DNA of 64,000 nucleotides from Eledone cirrhosa (Eukaryota): NCBI GenBank assembly GCA_964016885.1, contig OZ024740.1, positions 150,040,001 to 150,104,000 of the forward strand, read 5' to 3'. Shown piece by piece: positions 36,800 to 51,745 of this stretch (position 1 is its first letter; each line of letters starts with the position of its first letter). The notes under the pieces were generated by a model. It saw only the letters and a program-made list of their open reading frames with translations, ran no database searches and was not told where the DNA came from. The position numbers and the translations under genes were made by a program.

Positions 36800-39260
36800 G
36801 GTGGTAAAGTAGGTGCGAAAAGTCACAGCAGAGACAGTAAAGGTGTCCAAATTTAAGATGTGGCAGGACTTTGGGATTAAGCTAGAATCAGCAAATAAAG
36901 TGTTCTGGTAGGCCGTCTGCTAACTTCGTAACAAGAAATCCTCCTCCACACGTATCAGGAATGCATCTGAAGTTCTCTCTTCAAAGACGTGCATCCTTGC
37001 TAGCTGGAGAAAATACTTTGCTGATTTCCTAAACCTGGTCACAACAGCATCTTCTGATGTACAAAAGGTGCATCTGGGAGTGATGACTAATCTCTCAGAG
37101 GTTGAAGACACAAGAGCAATTAAAGAGCTCAAATGTGGCAAGGTTGCTGTGGAAGATGAAATACGACATGAGCAATGGATATGTTTGACAGTACCAGGTC
37201 AGATTCAGTGGAGTTCATGGCAGCTATGGTTATAGCTCAAGAAATGAAGACTGAGTGAGGCTCCTAGAATTCTGTGAGACAAATGAACTGCCCATTTTCA
37301 ACACAAATTTCAGGAAGCCGGCTAGCCATCTAGGCACATATCAATTAGGTGAACAAATTGATTTCTTACTTGTAAGACAAGATAAACAGACTGCAGAAGA
37401 ATGTGCCACCCACCACAAGTTGGTTATTAGTGACATCAGATTAGCTGGAAGACGGAACAAGATACGCAGGAAAATATGGTGATGGGGATTTGGAAGCTAA
37501 AGGACCTTTCAGTTAAATATAGGTTTAGAAAGTCCCTATGAGATGCATTTGATGAAAGGGGTGGTGAGCCATTTGCAATTATCATAAGAGGACAATTGGG
37601 AATTCTTGTTTGACAACCTTGTGAACTACTGATGAGACTTTTCACTGGAGTAAAGCACCGACCAGATAGAGGGTGGATTGGTCATGGAACAGCTGAGTGG
37701 ATAGAGCCATTACAGCCAAGAGACAGGTGTAGAAAGACTGGGAAAATGGGGTAGCAGAGACTGGTACCAGGTTGTTAAGTGAAAAGCTAGATGACAAATA
37801 TGCACAGCTTGGAAAGAGGGTGAAAAAAGAAAGTTGGCCAATCTCTTGAAAAATGCCGATCAGGGACATGAAGTGTTCTACGTTGCAAGATAGTGTGTCG
37901 GTGTAAATCAGGGTGTTGTTGGGGAAAATTTGTTAGAAATGACGCTGGTGTAATTAGCACTACTGATTATCAAAAGAAAGAGGCCTGGAAATGTTACTAC
38001 AAGAGACTGATGAATGTAGAGAATGAATGAGAGGCGGAGAGATTACCCTTAATGTATCTAACAGAAGGACCAGCTGTTGAAGTTGATAGTTATAGTGTCA
38101 AAGGAGCAATCAAGGAGATGAAGAATGGTAAAGTTGCAAGACCATCAGAAATAGTTGCTGAAATGCTAAAAGCATCGAGAGAAGTAGGAGTTGAACTAGT
38201 AACCCACATAGTCAATCAGGTAATACAGAACGGAGTGATACTCAATGACTGGCGCAGCAGTACAATCAGAAATTGTTACAAAGGAAAAGGTGATGCTCTA
38301 GAAAGGAGCAATTATAGAGGAATAATAGCCAATAATAGCCAGAAATAAGCCATTATACCTAGCTTTCATTGATCTAGAAACAACATTTGACAGAGTACCA
38401 TGATCTATTATCTGATGGTTCTTAAGGAAATTGTGTGTAGAAGAATGGTTGGTGAGAGCAGTGCAAGCCATGTACAGAGGAGCCTTCAGCAAAGTGAGAG
38501 TAGAAAATGAGTTTAGTGAGGAATTCAAGGTACAAGTAGTTCATCAAGTTTTGGTTCTTAGTCCGCTACTACTCATTATAGTCCTCCAGGCTATATCAGA
38601 GGAGTTTAATACTGACTGTCCATGGGAACTTCTCTGTGCAGATGACCTGGTCCTTATAGCTGAATCCATAAAAGAACTAAAGAATAAGTTCTGACTGTGG
38701 AAATAAAATTTAGAATCAAAAGGTCTGAGAGTAAACTTAGCCAAGACTAAAGTGCTAGTAAATAAGAAAGAAGATAGGACTCTGATTAACCCAGGGAAGT
38801 GGCCCTGCTCAATATGTAGAAAAGGAGTGAAGTGGGCATAAACTCTATAAGATGTACACAAGAGATGTAGTGAGATAATGGGTAGACTAACAGGAAGGGA
38901 AGACTTTATTTGTAGAGCATGCACATGAGTAGCTGCGGGGAGAGCATCAGTGATATAAACCTTCTCCAATCACAGGAAGGATACATAGAAGAGGTTGATA
39001 GCTTTTGATATCTAGGTGACTTAATTAGCAGTGGAGGAGGGTGCTTAGAGAGCATAACTAGAATAAGGATAGGGTGGAAAAAGTTTAGAGAGCTACTCCC
39101 ACTGTTGACAACAAAAGTTTTCTCCCTACATGCAATAGAACTGTATGACACCAGTGTGCAAGGTGCAGTACTGCATGGTAGTGAAACAGGGGCTGTGACT
39201 GCAGAAAATATGCGTAGAGAAATATGAAGAGAAAACAAGCAACCATGCTCCATCGAATTT
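36800..39260 (+). mobile_element. Degenerate RTE-clade LINE
   Basis: RLLEFCETNEL, CYKGKGDALERSNYRGI, FIDLE..FDRVP, VLSPLL, ELLCADDLVL and FRELLPLL, with many stops. Confidence 0.85.
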
Positions 39261-41919
39261 TCATGGTGTTATATTTTGAAATGTCTTTATATTTTCCCAG
39301 GTGTTATATTTGTTTATATGCATTTACTTACAATTCGCATATATCATTGATTTCTTATACAGATACAATGTCATAAATTTAGGTGGATAGCTACAAGCGA
39401 TTAAATCAATCACAGTATTTTACTAACATTTTATTTTATCGAATTAATCAGCCAATTGGCAGAGCTGTTAGAACATCGGAATAAAGGCTGCAATATTGGT
39501 TCCAGCTCTCTGCTCTTTATGTTCAAATCCCACGGAAGTCGGGATTTGAGCTTAATACTTTCGAGGTCGTTAAAAAAAGAGGAATTGTTAAAAATCTGAC
39601 GACGTACTTTGCTGCATCTAATCTGGCTCTATGCGTTCTGAGTTCAAAACGTGTCTGCGTTTTCGGTTGTGTATGGTGCTTTTTTTTTTTTTTTGCTTGT
39701 CGTGGGAGTTTCTCGTCTTCACTGCGAGAAGACAGGGTTTTTGGTGTCAGATTCAGATGTGTGTGTTTGGGTTTATCTGGGTGTTTATGTGTTGATTTGT
39801 TTGGGGAGGAGAGAGAGAGAGTGGGAGAGCTTTCCTCGCTTTCCCCTTGGGTTGATTCTGTTGTGAGTGGTGGTTTAGCTGCTGCTAGTGGTGGTGGTGC
39901 TGTTGCTCCTGCTGGTGCTGGTGTTGTTGGTTGTGCGGTAGTTTGTCCTGGCGCTGGTGTTGGCAGCAATGAGGATAGCAACGCCCTATAATTTTCAACG
40001 GAGAAAAATAGGTTAACATGAAACAGTGTGGCTGTTTGCCATCAGTAATGATTTGTATCTCACACTTGTCCGGCAGCTTGACGTGGACCGGAATATTACT
40101 AATGTCCCCAGGTCTGATTTAGAGAAGAATCTCCAAACCAGTCCCGAACCACATCTCCCTCTTTATAAACTTCACATCAAGGAGGGTGTCAGGGCCCTCT
40201 GCCGCCATGCATCTCAGGAGCCACCACAGCTAGCATCCAACAAGTAAAATGCTGTTGCTGTCAATTTTGCCTTGCGAAAAACAGTGAAAATGAGTACACA
40301 GACTTATTTGTTGTGTCAAAAGAACTATCCATACGTGAAAGACCGACTGGTATCATTGAATAGTCCACCTTCCCACCTGGAACAACGAACCTAAAAATCT
40401 CTTGTCGCTGATTTGCTAACTCCAGCATGTGTGTGAACTGAACTAACTAGTGGTGGCCTATAAAACTCCCAGTTGTCAATCATATCTTTGCATTACCCTT
40501 TTCACGGCGCATCTGATAAGTTAAATGTATAGCTTTACATCTAAGAACCTAGAAATTACAAACCTGTCAACTCTCGCCGTCCACGGGGAAATCTCCCACC
40601 CACTTTGGGGTGGGTGAAAGATAAAAGTTTTCTCTTGTGAAAATGGGTATAGGTTCATTATGTAAAATCTTTCCATTTTGCCTCATTTCTCACCATTTAG
40701 GGCACCTTTTTTCATGGTACGCCCCGTTTGGGTTTTTAGAGGTTGGCAGGTCTGGAATTAGTTAAAATGTTAACACATATATTCAATTTCCATATTATGA
40801 GTTGATTGTTTTTATTCACACACAACTAAATGCATACACCAGATGACCACAGTGCTTAACCAATAACTTCCAGAAGACAAACAATTCACCAAACACAAAG
40901 AATGGTCCCATTATGCAATACTAATAAACCAGCCACAATGCCAAAACCTTTCCTGTAGAGTAACATATTAAGTATAGTGATACCATATAACTGTACATCA
41001 GCATGCACAGCATTCAGCAATAGCCCACAAAGCTATATAATTAACTATAATTAACCAAAGGCATACATAATACGCCCGCAACACAAATCCAAATTATCCA
41101 AATTATTTACTAAACACAAAACTATCCCATTGCACAACATACACTCCCAATAACACCTACTCTTGACTCTCGAATAATCAACGTAACTAAAATACCAAAA
41201 CATAAAGTCTAGCTAGTCAGAGACAAAAGTACATTAACAAACAATATTATAAAATACAATAGCTATAAGAAATCATGGGAAATTAACACTTGCAGTCTTT
41301 TCACCCTTTTATCTATAACAACTAAAGAGCCGCTCAAACCACTCTATTCAATGCCCTAGTGATATTTCTAATTCTATTTCATTCTTATGTATTCTTATAA
41401 TGTATTTGTCCACCATACGACCTCTTTTACCAAGGTCTCCAGGCAGATTTGTTGTTGCTGTTGTCGTTCCTGTTCACGACTGTGTTTCTACAGTTGTTGG
41501 TGTTGTTGTTGTTGGTACTGTCGTTGTTGTCATTTTTATTTATATTAGTGTTCTCACTGTTGTTTGTGCAAGTATCGGCGATATTGCCTGACGTGTTGTT
41601 AGATTTTTAAAATTGTTGCGGGATGGGCAGCGTTATTAGCCTCAACATTTGACTCGCTGTCGCACGACAGTAAACTCACAGTTGGGGGTGGCGGCGTGGC
41701 TCCGCTATGTTTTGATTTTTTTTTCATAAAAATTTTCTTTTAAACACACAAAGGTTAAATATTTGGGCCAAAAGACCCAAATATTATGGGGAGTCCTTTC
41801 TTGAGGGCTAAGACTAAAGAATTAAGCCCCTTTTGAAACAAAAATATTAATAATGTACGTATTTAAAGCCGTAGAAATAACAAACTTACTCGAGCTCACG
41901 ATAGTACCAATAATAATAA

Positions 41920-42600
41920 TAATTGTTTCTACTTTTGGCACAATGCCAGCAATTATCCCAGTGTATTACTGGTACTTTATTTTATCAACCCCGTAAGGAT
42001 GAAAGGCAAAGTTAACCTCGGCGGGATTTGAACTCAGAATGGCAAGGGCCGTAACTCTTTGCTGCAAAGCATAGCGCCAGACCCTCTACCAATACTGCCA
42101 TCCATAATAATAATAATTGTTTCTACTTTAAGAATAAGGCCAACAATTTGAAGATGATGGGAAAGTCGATTAAATCTACCCCAGTGCATTACTAGTGCTG
42201 TATTTTATCGAATAATAATATATCATTTTGTATATATCCAGGACCCTTTTCACGGAGTTTAGATACTAGTAAGAAGAGAGGAAGAAGCTATCTTTATTAG
42301 TCACGGAAGGCTGCAATGAAACACTACAAAAAGTCATTCAGTGGTCAGGTGGTGTGTTAAAGAGGGGGAAATTAAACATGACACTCAAGTTGGCCACGGC
42401 CAAATTTCAACTCAGAACGTAAAGTGACAGGATAAATACAGCAAGGTATCCAATGTGAAACTCTAACGATACCACCAGTTCACTGCCCAAGACTGGAAAT
42501 TTATTTGTCGACTCCGGATGAAAAGCAAAGTAGATCTTGGCAGGATTTAACCCAGGACGCATGGAACGTGAATAAATACCGCAAAGCGTTTCACCCGACT
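41920..42600 (-). mobile_element. Cluster of SINE copies and fragments
   Basis: Repeated TTGTTTCTACTTT..GGATGAAAGGCAAAGTTAACCTCGGCGGGATTTGAACTCAG motifs; 41920-42105 is absent from unit 1. Confidence 0.7.
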
Positions 42601-42834
42601 TCACATACAGAGAGGAAATCTATAAATAGATAGATACATATATATAGAGAGAGAGAGAGAGAGAGATCGTTATATTGATAGATCTATAGATACTGCATAC
42701 ATGTGTGTGCAGATATTTATCGATCTAACTCTTAATCAATCTTTCTATTTATCTATCCATATGTATGCCTCTCTCTATATATATTATGTGTGTGTGTCCT
42801 AGTATTCCCCTCTTTCTCTCTCCCCTTGTATACC

Positions 42835-42885
<51 letters not shown>

Positions 42886-43251
42886 TGTTACTATTTTCTA
42901 CTATATAAATGGCAATTTCTGACTGTCTGTGTATATGTGTATAACTAGTTGGCGTCTACACCAGTGATCCGATCCTGATATAACTTTACACACATGCTAA
43001 GCTAATATTCAGAAACAGGACTGGCTAATTGGATTTCAATAAAAATCAATAATGAAACCCCTGGGGGCATCTTTGCAATGGGGGAGGAAAGAGGCGTTTC
43101 AGTGAGGGAGGGGGAAGAGAAGATACTACTACTCTATGTTAACGCCTCCCTCCCACTACTCCTCTACCTCCTCCCACAACTCAGTCTTCCAAAACAAGGC
43201 AGGAGAAATATACATAAAGAAATTTCTTACAAACCGGACAAAACAGATTTG

Positions 43252-43293
<42 letters not shown>

Positions 43294-43430
43294 TAACAGA
43301 TTAAAGTTGAAGCAAAGAATCGCTGCTTTCACCCTTAACGGGATCTTCTGCTCTAGGGTTCTTATATATTTGATTTATATTTATCCTTATCGAGCCCTCT
43401 TTTGATTTTAGTCTTCGCATTTATTATTAT

Positions 43431-43465
<35 letters not shown>

Positions 43466-43949
43466 ATGTTGAAAAGGTAACACACCAGAGAGAGATATAC
43501 AGTGCGCTATCAATAAAACAGGGGTGCTTGAACAGTACCTGAATATGTTCACTCGGTTATAATTTCTTCAATATTTTCGATGACTTCCTCGATTGTTGTT
43601 TGTTATTGATCGCTAAGGCAGTAAGTTTGCTATTCTTATACATCAGTTTGTTGAATAAGTTCGATACTCTTTGAGCTCAAATTTTCGCGGCTTATTCACT
43701 CTGAATGAAGAAAGCTGGATGGAAGAACTTGTGACTTAAACAGCTAATGATTGTTCCACACAAAACATTGATCTTCCATAAACACACCTAGCAAAGGTTG
43801 CTATTGATAATCCAGTATGGGCATCCAGGGTCGCTAGCATTTTCAGGCGCACTCTGGGAACTGCGAATAACCCCACCTTTCCCTGGTCAACAATTTCAGG
43901 GGAGGGGTAATAATATATCGCAAAGCATGTTGTTCGACTCTCTACCGAT

Positions 43950-44170
43950 AATAATGGTTTCTTATATAGGCACAAGGCCAGCAATGTTGGGGGAGGGAAG
44001 ATCGATTAAATCCACCCAGTGCGTGACAGGTACTTTATTTTATCGACCCCGAAAGGATGAAAGGCAACGTTAACCTCGGCGGGATTTGACCTCAGACCGT
44101 AAAGAAGCGTAACTCTATACTGCAAAGCATGACGTCCAACCCTCTACCGATACTGCCAATTCACCGCCCT
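43950..44170 (-). mobile_element. SINE nested in the Helitron
   Basis: Same family as 1990-2178. Confidence 0.75.
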
Positions 44171-44400
44171 TGCTCTGCGATAATAATAAACAAAGTCTTA
44201 GGTAGTTTCCACGAGATTTCGTAGTCTCTAAAACAGTCCATTTACAATATGCGCGTGTGTGTTAATTCGGCAATCTCTGTAATGTACAGAGAGATTGTCG
44301 AACACACAGATACATAGAGACATATATACATATACACATACATAGACACATACAAATACATATATACATACATAATACATAATAACACACAAGCAAACAA

Positions 44401-44487
<87 letters not shown>

Positions 44488-44490
44488 AGT

Positions 44491-46139
44491 ATAAATTAGC
44501 GAGAATCGAATTTCAGCTCAGGAATTAACGAAAAACACTTCCGAGTAGTGTGGCAAGCGCTCGATAATTCATATGAATTAGAGCTACAACATACGTTAAA
44601 GGCCAAACACACTGAGATGGTGGTTAAACTAATCATCCGCACAGTGAAAAAACGATCAAGTAATTCGGGTCAAGCAGATATAAAAATATAAAAATATATT
44701 TGATTGAAAATTTACCCGTACCCCTGGAGAGATGGTAAAATCCAGTATTTGGGTTTCCGCGGCTCCATAAGTCATTTACTGTCCGTTTACATAAAGGATA
44801 TTAGGATTCTGGCAAGATGACTGAACAAGGAAGTCGCGTCGTCAACGGGATTTAGCTCAATAGTATATATAAGTTTGTCTGTTACTGACCCCACGTGGAG
44901 TTCAGCAAGGGAGGCAACACTTATATTAGGCGAATGAATTCAGTTGTGTATAATATTGCGAAAATGCAAAATATCACAAATCGAATAAAGCTCTCGACAG
45001 AGTGGTTAAATATGACAAAGCTATTCAACAGTCAATAGAATAAACCAAAAGAAATCGATAAAATTAACTGGCCAATAGCTGGACTCTGGAGATTAATACA
45101 AATATAAATTAGCGAGAATCGAATTTCAGCTCAGGAATTAACGAAAAACACTTCCGAGTTTTGTGGCAAGCGCTCGATAATTCATATGAATTAGGGCTAC
45201 AACATACGTTAAAAGCCAAACACACTGAGATGGTGGTTAAACTAATCATCCGCACAGCGAAAAAACGATTAAGTAATTCGGGTCAAGCAGATATAAAAAT
45301 ATATATGATTGAAAATTTACCCGGACCCCTGGAGAGATGGTAAAATCCAGTATTTGGGTTTCTGCGGCTCCATAAGTCATTTACTGTCCGCTTACATAAA
45401 GGATGTTAGGCTTCTGGCAAGATGACTGAACAAGGAAGTCGCGTTGTCAACGGGATTTAGCTTAGTAGTATATATAAGTTTGTCTGTTACTGACCCCACG
45501 TGGAGTTCAGTAAGGGAGGCAACACTTATATTAGGCGAATGAATTCAGTTGTGTATAATATTGCAAAAATGCAAAATATCACAAATCGAATAAAGCTCTC
45601 GTCAGAGTGGTTAAATATAACAAAGCTATTCAACAGTCAATAGAATAAACCCAAAAAATCGATAAAATTAACTGGCCATAGCTGGTCTCAGGAGATTAAT
45701 ACGAGTATAAATTATCGAGAATCGAATTTCAGCTCAGGAATTAACGAAAAACACTTCCGTGTTGTGTGGCAAGCGCTCGATAATTCATATGAATTAGAGC
45801 TACAACATACGTTAAAAGCCAAATACACTGAGATGGTGGTTAAACTAATCATCCGCACAGCGAAAAAACGATCAAGTAATTCGGGTCAAGCAGATATAAA
45901 AATATAATAATATATAAATATATATATGATTGAAAATTTACCCGGATCCCTGGAGGGATGTTAAAATCCAGTATTTGGGTTTCTGCGGCTCCATAAGTCA
46001 TTTACTGTCCTCTTACATTAAGGATCTTAGGCTTCTGGCAAGATGACTGAACAAGGAAGTCGCATGGTTAATGTGATTTAGCTCAATAGTATATATAAGT
46101 TTGTCTGTTACTGACCCCACGTGGAGTTCAGCAAGGGAG
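44491..46139. repeat. About 610-bp tandem repeat, 2.7 copies
   Basis: Units start at 44491, 45104 and 45707 (ATAAATTA(G/T)CGAGAATCGAATTTCAGCTCAGG). Confidence 0.92.
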
Positions 46140-46448
46140 TTCTCTACCGTATTTGCTTGACCTTGATTTTATATGTTCTGGCATGTTAATTTATTAACTT
46201 ACCATCGAACCACACTAGCATACGGTTGGAAAATACTTGTATCCTTGTGTGTATTATTCACACATAGGAATACATATTTTATTATATATATATATATATA
46301 TAAAATAAAAGTAATTATTCCTATGTGTAAATAATACACACAGGGATACAAGTATTTTCCAACCGTATGCCAGCGTGTTTTGATGGTAAGTTAATAAATA
46401 ACATGCCAGAACATATAAAATCAAGGTCAAGCAAATACGGTAGAGAAA
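46140..46448. repeat. Inverted repeat with about 130-bp arms and a (TA)n loop
   Basis: TCTCTACCGTATTTGCTTGACC...CATAGGAATA versus TATTCCTATG...GGTCAAGCAAATACGGTAGAGA. Confidence 0.9.
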
Positions 46449-48085
46449 TCTTTGGTTATTTGAACGGCTGCTATTTTTAGTAGCAGTACATTGAACTGTC
46501 CACCTAGCCTTTGCTTTTGCACACGGTACCAGGCAGAATTGTTTCATCTCTCATTCACTCTCATTCGGGAACAATTGTGTGTGGCGCCAGTTTGTGTTTT
46601 GAACTCGAGAATTTTATATTCTCCGAGTGAGAAAAGCCTTCTGACGACGATCTCTTTCTCAATAGTATTCCGCTTGGATTATCTGTTTACATTTTAAATA
46701 AAAAATCTTAGGCAATTTCGGCTTGTAAACATAAATTGCACAAACCTTTCCTGTATTACAGCCCCACATTATACCCTAACGGTTAGTACGACCTATACGC
46801 GGATATGTTACGTCTTGATGTGGTAGCTAAGTATATGTTATGTTAATACCATTACTTATTCGTATAGGTAAGTATATATTAGCTGTATGTTTTGTGAAGG
46901 TACGTATACTTTCTTGTACGTATATTTGCTTGTATATGTTATTGGCGTATATATTATATATATACTGGTACATGTGCATTTGGTTATGTGTATACGTGAG
47001 TTTTGCGCCTGTGTGAGTATGCTGGTTCGTACGTATGTAGGGTGTGTGTATATGTATACTTTGTGTTTTGGTTGACGTCCGTCCGCGAACATATGTGTAT
47101 TTACATGTAGGTGTGTGTGTACGCGCGTTATATACGTATTTATGTGTGTATATTTATAGACGTTTATTTAATTATGTATACATGCACACACACACACACA
47201 CACATGTATATGTATATATGTTTTTATATATATTTTTATGTGTATTTGGTGTATACGTTCGTATGTGTACGGGTACAGGCGGTGCGTGGGTTCTGTATGT
47301 GCGTGCGTGGTTTTTTTGGGGGGGGGTTTGTGTACGTGCTTGTATTTGCATACCCATGGCGAGTGTTTTCGCGTATGTTTGTGTATGTACGTATATGGAT
47401 GCGTGTACGTATATATTTAATCTCAATTACCTCTGTATTTTATTTACTTTATTCTTAACTCTGAAGCCGAGAATCATTCGGTTTCCTAAATAGAATTTTA
47501 GTCTACGACCTCAGTTATACCATTTACGTGGTTTTGTCTTTGCGTGTAATTGTTCTCATTGGTCCACATAGTGACGTGTTATCTTCGTTTTTTCCGTTCA
47601 TTGCCAGAAAACGTCTCCATGTGCCACCTAATAGAATATTAGTTTATACCATAAACGTGGTTTTGTCTTTGCGTGTAATTGTTTTCACCGCACCAAATAA
47701 TGACGTAATATCTTCGTTTTTTTTCGGTTCTTTGCCAGGGAACGTTTCCACGAACCAAAGTATCGTCTTCCTGTCTTCCTTCGGTTGCAACGTTTTTTTG
47801 AAATATTTACTTCTGCGTTCACAGATTGACTTTTTTAGTTTCAGAAGATCCCGTTAAGCGTGAAAGCAGCGATTCTTTGCTTAAATTTTAATCTGTTATT
47901 TTAATAAATATTTGCTTTTCGGTTCTTATATATCTGATATATATTTATCCTTATCGAGCCCGCTTTGGATTTTAGTCTTCAAATTTATTATTATTACTAT
48001 ATATATATATGATGTCCCTAAAAAATATATACATACTTCAACAGCATTCTAATCAAAGTGTGTATACATTTTGGGGGACGCCCTG

Positions 48086-48401
<316 letters not shown>

Positions 48402-49213
48402 GGGGGGGGGTATAACCTGATTAGTGACTACGAAAGTGGGCGGAAACTACCGAAGTCGTTGTTTATGATTTACATAGTACAGCGAAGGTCGGCTGCAAAT
48501 AAATAAGAAAAAAAAAAAAGTAATAAAAGGTTAACCACAATATACAGTTGTAGTTATGTACACCATAATTATAAATCAATATTATTGACTGGGCACATAC
48601 ATGAGTGCATATACAAGGGTACATTACATACATATAAATACATATACATTTACACACATACATGAATGCATACATACATATATAGATATACATACATACA
48701 TATACATATATGCGTACACACACATATAGACATATAGATATACAGACAGACACAGACTCACACATGCATACATACGTAAGTACATACATAGACACATACA
48801 TACACATATGTGTATATGTGTATATATATGTATGTATGTGTGTATATGTATATACACACATGCATACATATATACACATATACATACAAATCTACATGCA
48901 TTCGCACTTACACACAAACAAATAGACACACATACATACATACACTCATACATACATACACACAAACTTTTCCTATAGTGTATATCTCTCTCTATATAAA
49001 ATTCTTTGTCTGCCTGTCTGTTTGTTCCTATGTATTCTCTAATGGCTGGACCAAATCAAATCAAATTTTACAAGGTTAATAGCATTAGACCCCGGGAGTG
49101 TCAACATGTAATTTTTATTTTCATTTGGATTAAAACAATATAAGATTTTATCTAAAATAATAATTTTATAGTCAACTATAGTAAACCACCACCACGACTC
49201 ACATTTTGTATAT

Positions 49214-49310
<97 letters not shown>

Positions 49311-49634
49311 GGGGTGTGTGTTATGTATGTTAGGCTTCAGAGAATTAAATATTCACACATCTACAGCAGTGGCGAAGGGTAACCTGAAAAGCAGGGCATG
49401 CAGTCCAATCGCCATGGCGGAAAATGGGGCTGTGCAGCTTTACCCCCCCCCCCCCTATTCCCTCTAAATGACTCTCCCGGTCAAAGCCGCATGTAGTGTT
49501 ATCTTGTGTGTGTGTGTGTGTGTTATCTTTCTATGTGTCTACGATTTAGTAAGCAGCCAAAATTCTGCTTGCTTCAACCGACGCTGTCGTGTGTTTGTGT
49601 GTATGTGTGTGTGTGTGTGTATGTGTGTGTGTGT

Positions 49635-49729
<95 letters not shown>

Positions 49730-50831
49730 ATTTTTATGTGTCTACGATTTAGTAAGCAGCCAAAATTCTGCCTGCTTCAACCGATGCAATTGATCAACTC
49801 AAGATTCTCTAACGCATGCACTGCATGCGTTGCATGCACGCACCCTTCGCCCCTGATCTACAGATACATACACATAATGTGTGTGAGTGTATATGAGAGT
49901 GTAGACGTCACATTTTCTATGTGTATGTGTCTGTCTTAGTATATGTCTGTGAATGTATGTTAGATTGTGTGTGGGGGTGTATGTGAGAGTGTATGTGTGT
50001 TGACAGACATAACGATATTTTCTTTAGTCAACTATAGTAAACCACCACCACCACGACAACGTCACATTTTGTATATGAGTGTGCACACGACAATTAGACA
50101 CACACACATCTACACATACAGATACATATGTGATGACAGACAGGTGTGCGTGAATGTATGTCCGTGTGTGTGTCTGTCTCAGTATATGTGTGTGAGTGTA
50201 TGTGAGAGTGTATGTGTGTGTGAGTGTATGTGTGTGAGTGTGTGTGTTTGAGTGTATGCGTGTGTGAGTGTACGTGTGATAATCTTTATTTTCATTTGGA
50301 TTAAAACAATAGGACGTCACATTCTGTATATGAATATGTATGTGTCAGTGAGTGTGTGTGTGTGTTTGCGCATCCATTAGGTACGTTATTAAATACACAC
50401 ATCTACACATACATGGATTGCACAATGATTATTGTTTACCCTAAAGTGCTTCAAGATTGACAGATTTTCATTTCTAAATTCTATTATCATTACAATTTAG
50501 ATTTAAAAAAAAATAAAATATAGATATTTTGAAATAATCATGAGAAAAAACATATCTTCATATTTATTGTTTACTAATCTGAATAAAAACAGCAGTAACC
50601 CGGGCAACGCCGGGTAATTCAGCTAGTCATTAATAATCGTAAAACTAAAATTCTATTTTTATTCTCTTGTTAAGAAATGATTCAGCTGTTGCACATTTTC
50701 AAGTATTTAAATCATCATCATCATCATCGATTAACGACTATCTTCCACGCTGACATAAATTTATTATTTTCTGAATTCTAACGCCAGTATCATTCAACTT
50801 GAGATATCTGGTCGGTAAGACGCAAGAAATC

Positions 50832-51025
50832 ATGATGAACTTCATCAACGTCTCTTTCATAGCATTGGTCGTGTCATTGCTGTTTATTTCCGAACTTAGC
50901 ACTCAGCTCTGCGAAACGGGTTGCCCTGATTTGCCTGAAAACTGTGAAAAAGTCCATTCGAGATGTGTTGATTGTGAGGCCTGTGCCCTTTTCGAAAACG
51001 AAGAATGTAATTCAAACACAGCAAG
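50832..51025 (+). CDS. Secreted single IGFBP-N-like peptide, copy 2, coding exon 1
   Basis: Same length and donor as copy 1; CETGCPDLPENCEKVHSRCVDCEACALFENEECNSNTA. Confidence 0.82.
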
Positions 51026-51249
51026 GTAAGCAAAAGTATTCACATACATTTAATTGGTGGAAACAAAATGCAGGTTCTTCGAAGGAATTTTGCAAGATGA
51101 AATGAGATCGCTTTCGGATTCGCAGGAGGTGGCTCGTCACAAAATTGATAATAAGTTGATTTCTTATTGTTGCTTTTTTCTCAAAAAAGATAATGTTATA
51201 TGATATTTTGAAATTGTAGCTTTTCCTTTTTTTATAAAAGATAGATTAT

Positions 51250-51343
<94 letters not shown>

Positions 51344-51745
51344 AATCTCTCCACACATACTGACCCCCAAACGACATGAGGTGTTTTTTCTTTATCTCGT
51401 GTTGGTGACAGTAGTCTGGGGAAACTGACTAACTTCGGGTTAAATGAGATAAGATTTTCTTGAAGCCATTTTGCTCTCGTTTCTCGGAAGAGTTTCTCGT
51501 TTCACTTCCAGTTGCTCAAGAAGTAGAGATGTAGTTCTTAGCCAACCACTCCAACCCTACCGACAGATTTGGCTACCTCGATAAAGATTAGTTCACTGCA
51601 TCTGGTCAGACGGCTACTGCATTCATGCAAACCAACCACAAAAATATAATACACAATTCACTTGGTTCTTTGTTGTTTTCCTGTTTTATCAACAATATCT
51701 TCGACGTAAATTATTTCTTAATAACATTCTTAAATAAATGATTTT

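Larger units (their letters stand above)
28165..39265 (+). repeat. Tandem segmental duplication, unit 1
   Basis: Ordered blocks (SINE, Tx1 ORF1 remnant, gene, RTE LINE) recur in the same order from 39266 and again from 61476. Confidence 0.9.
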
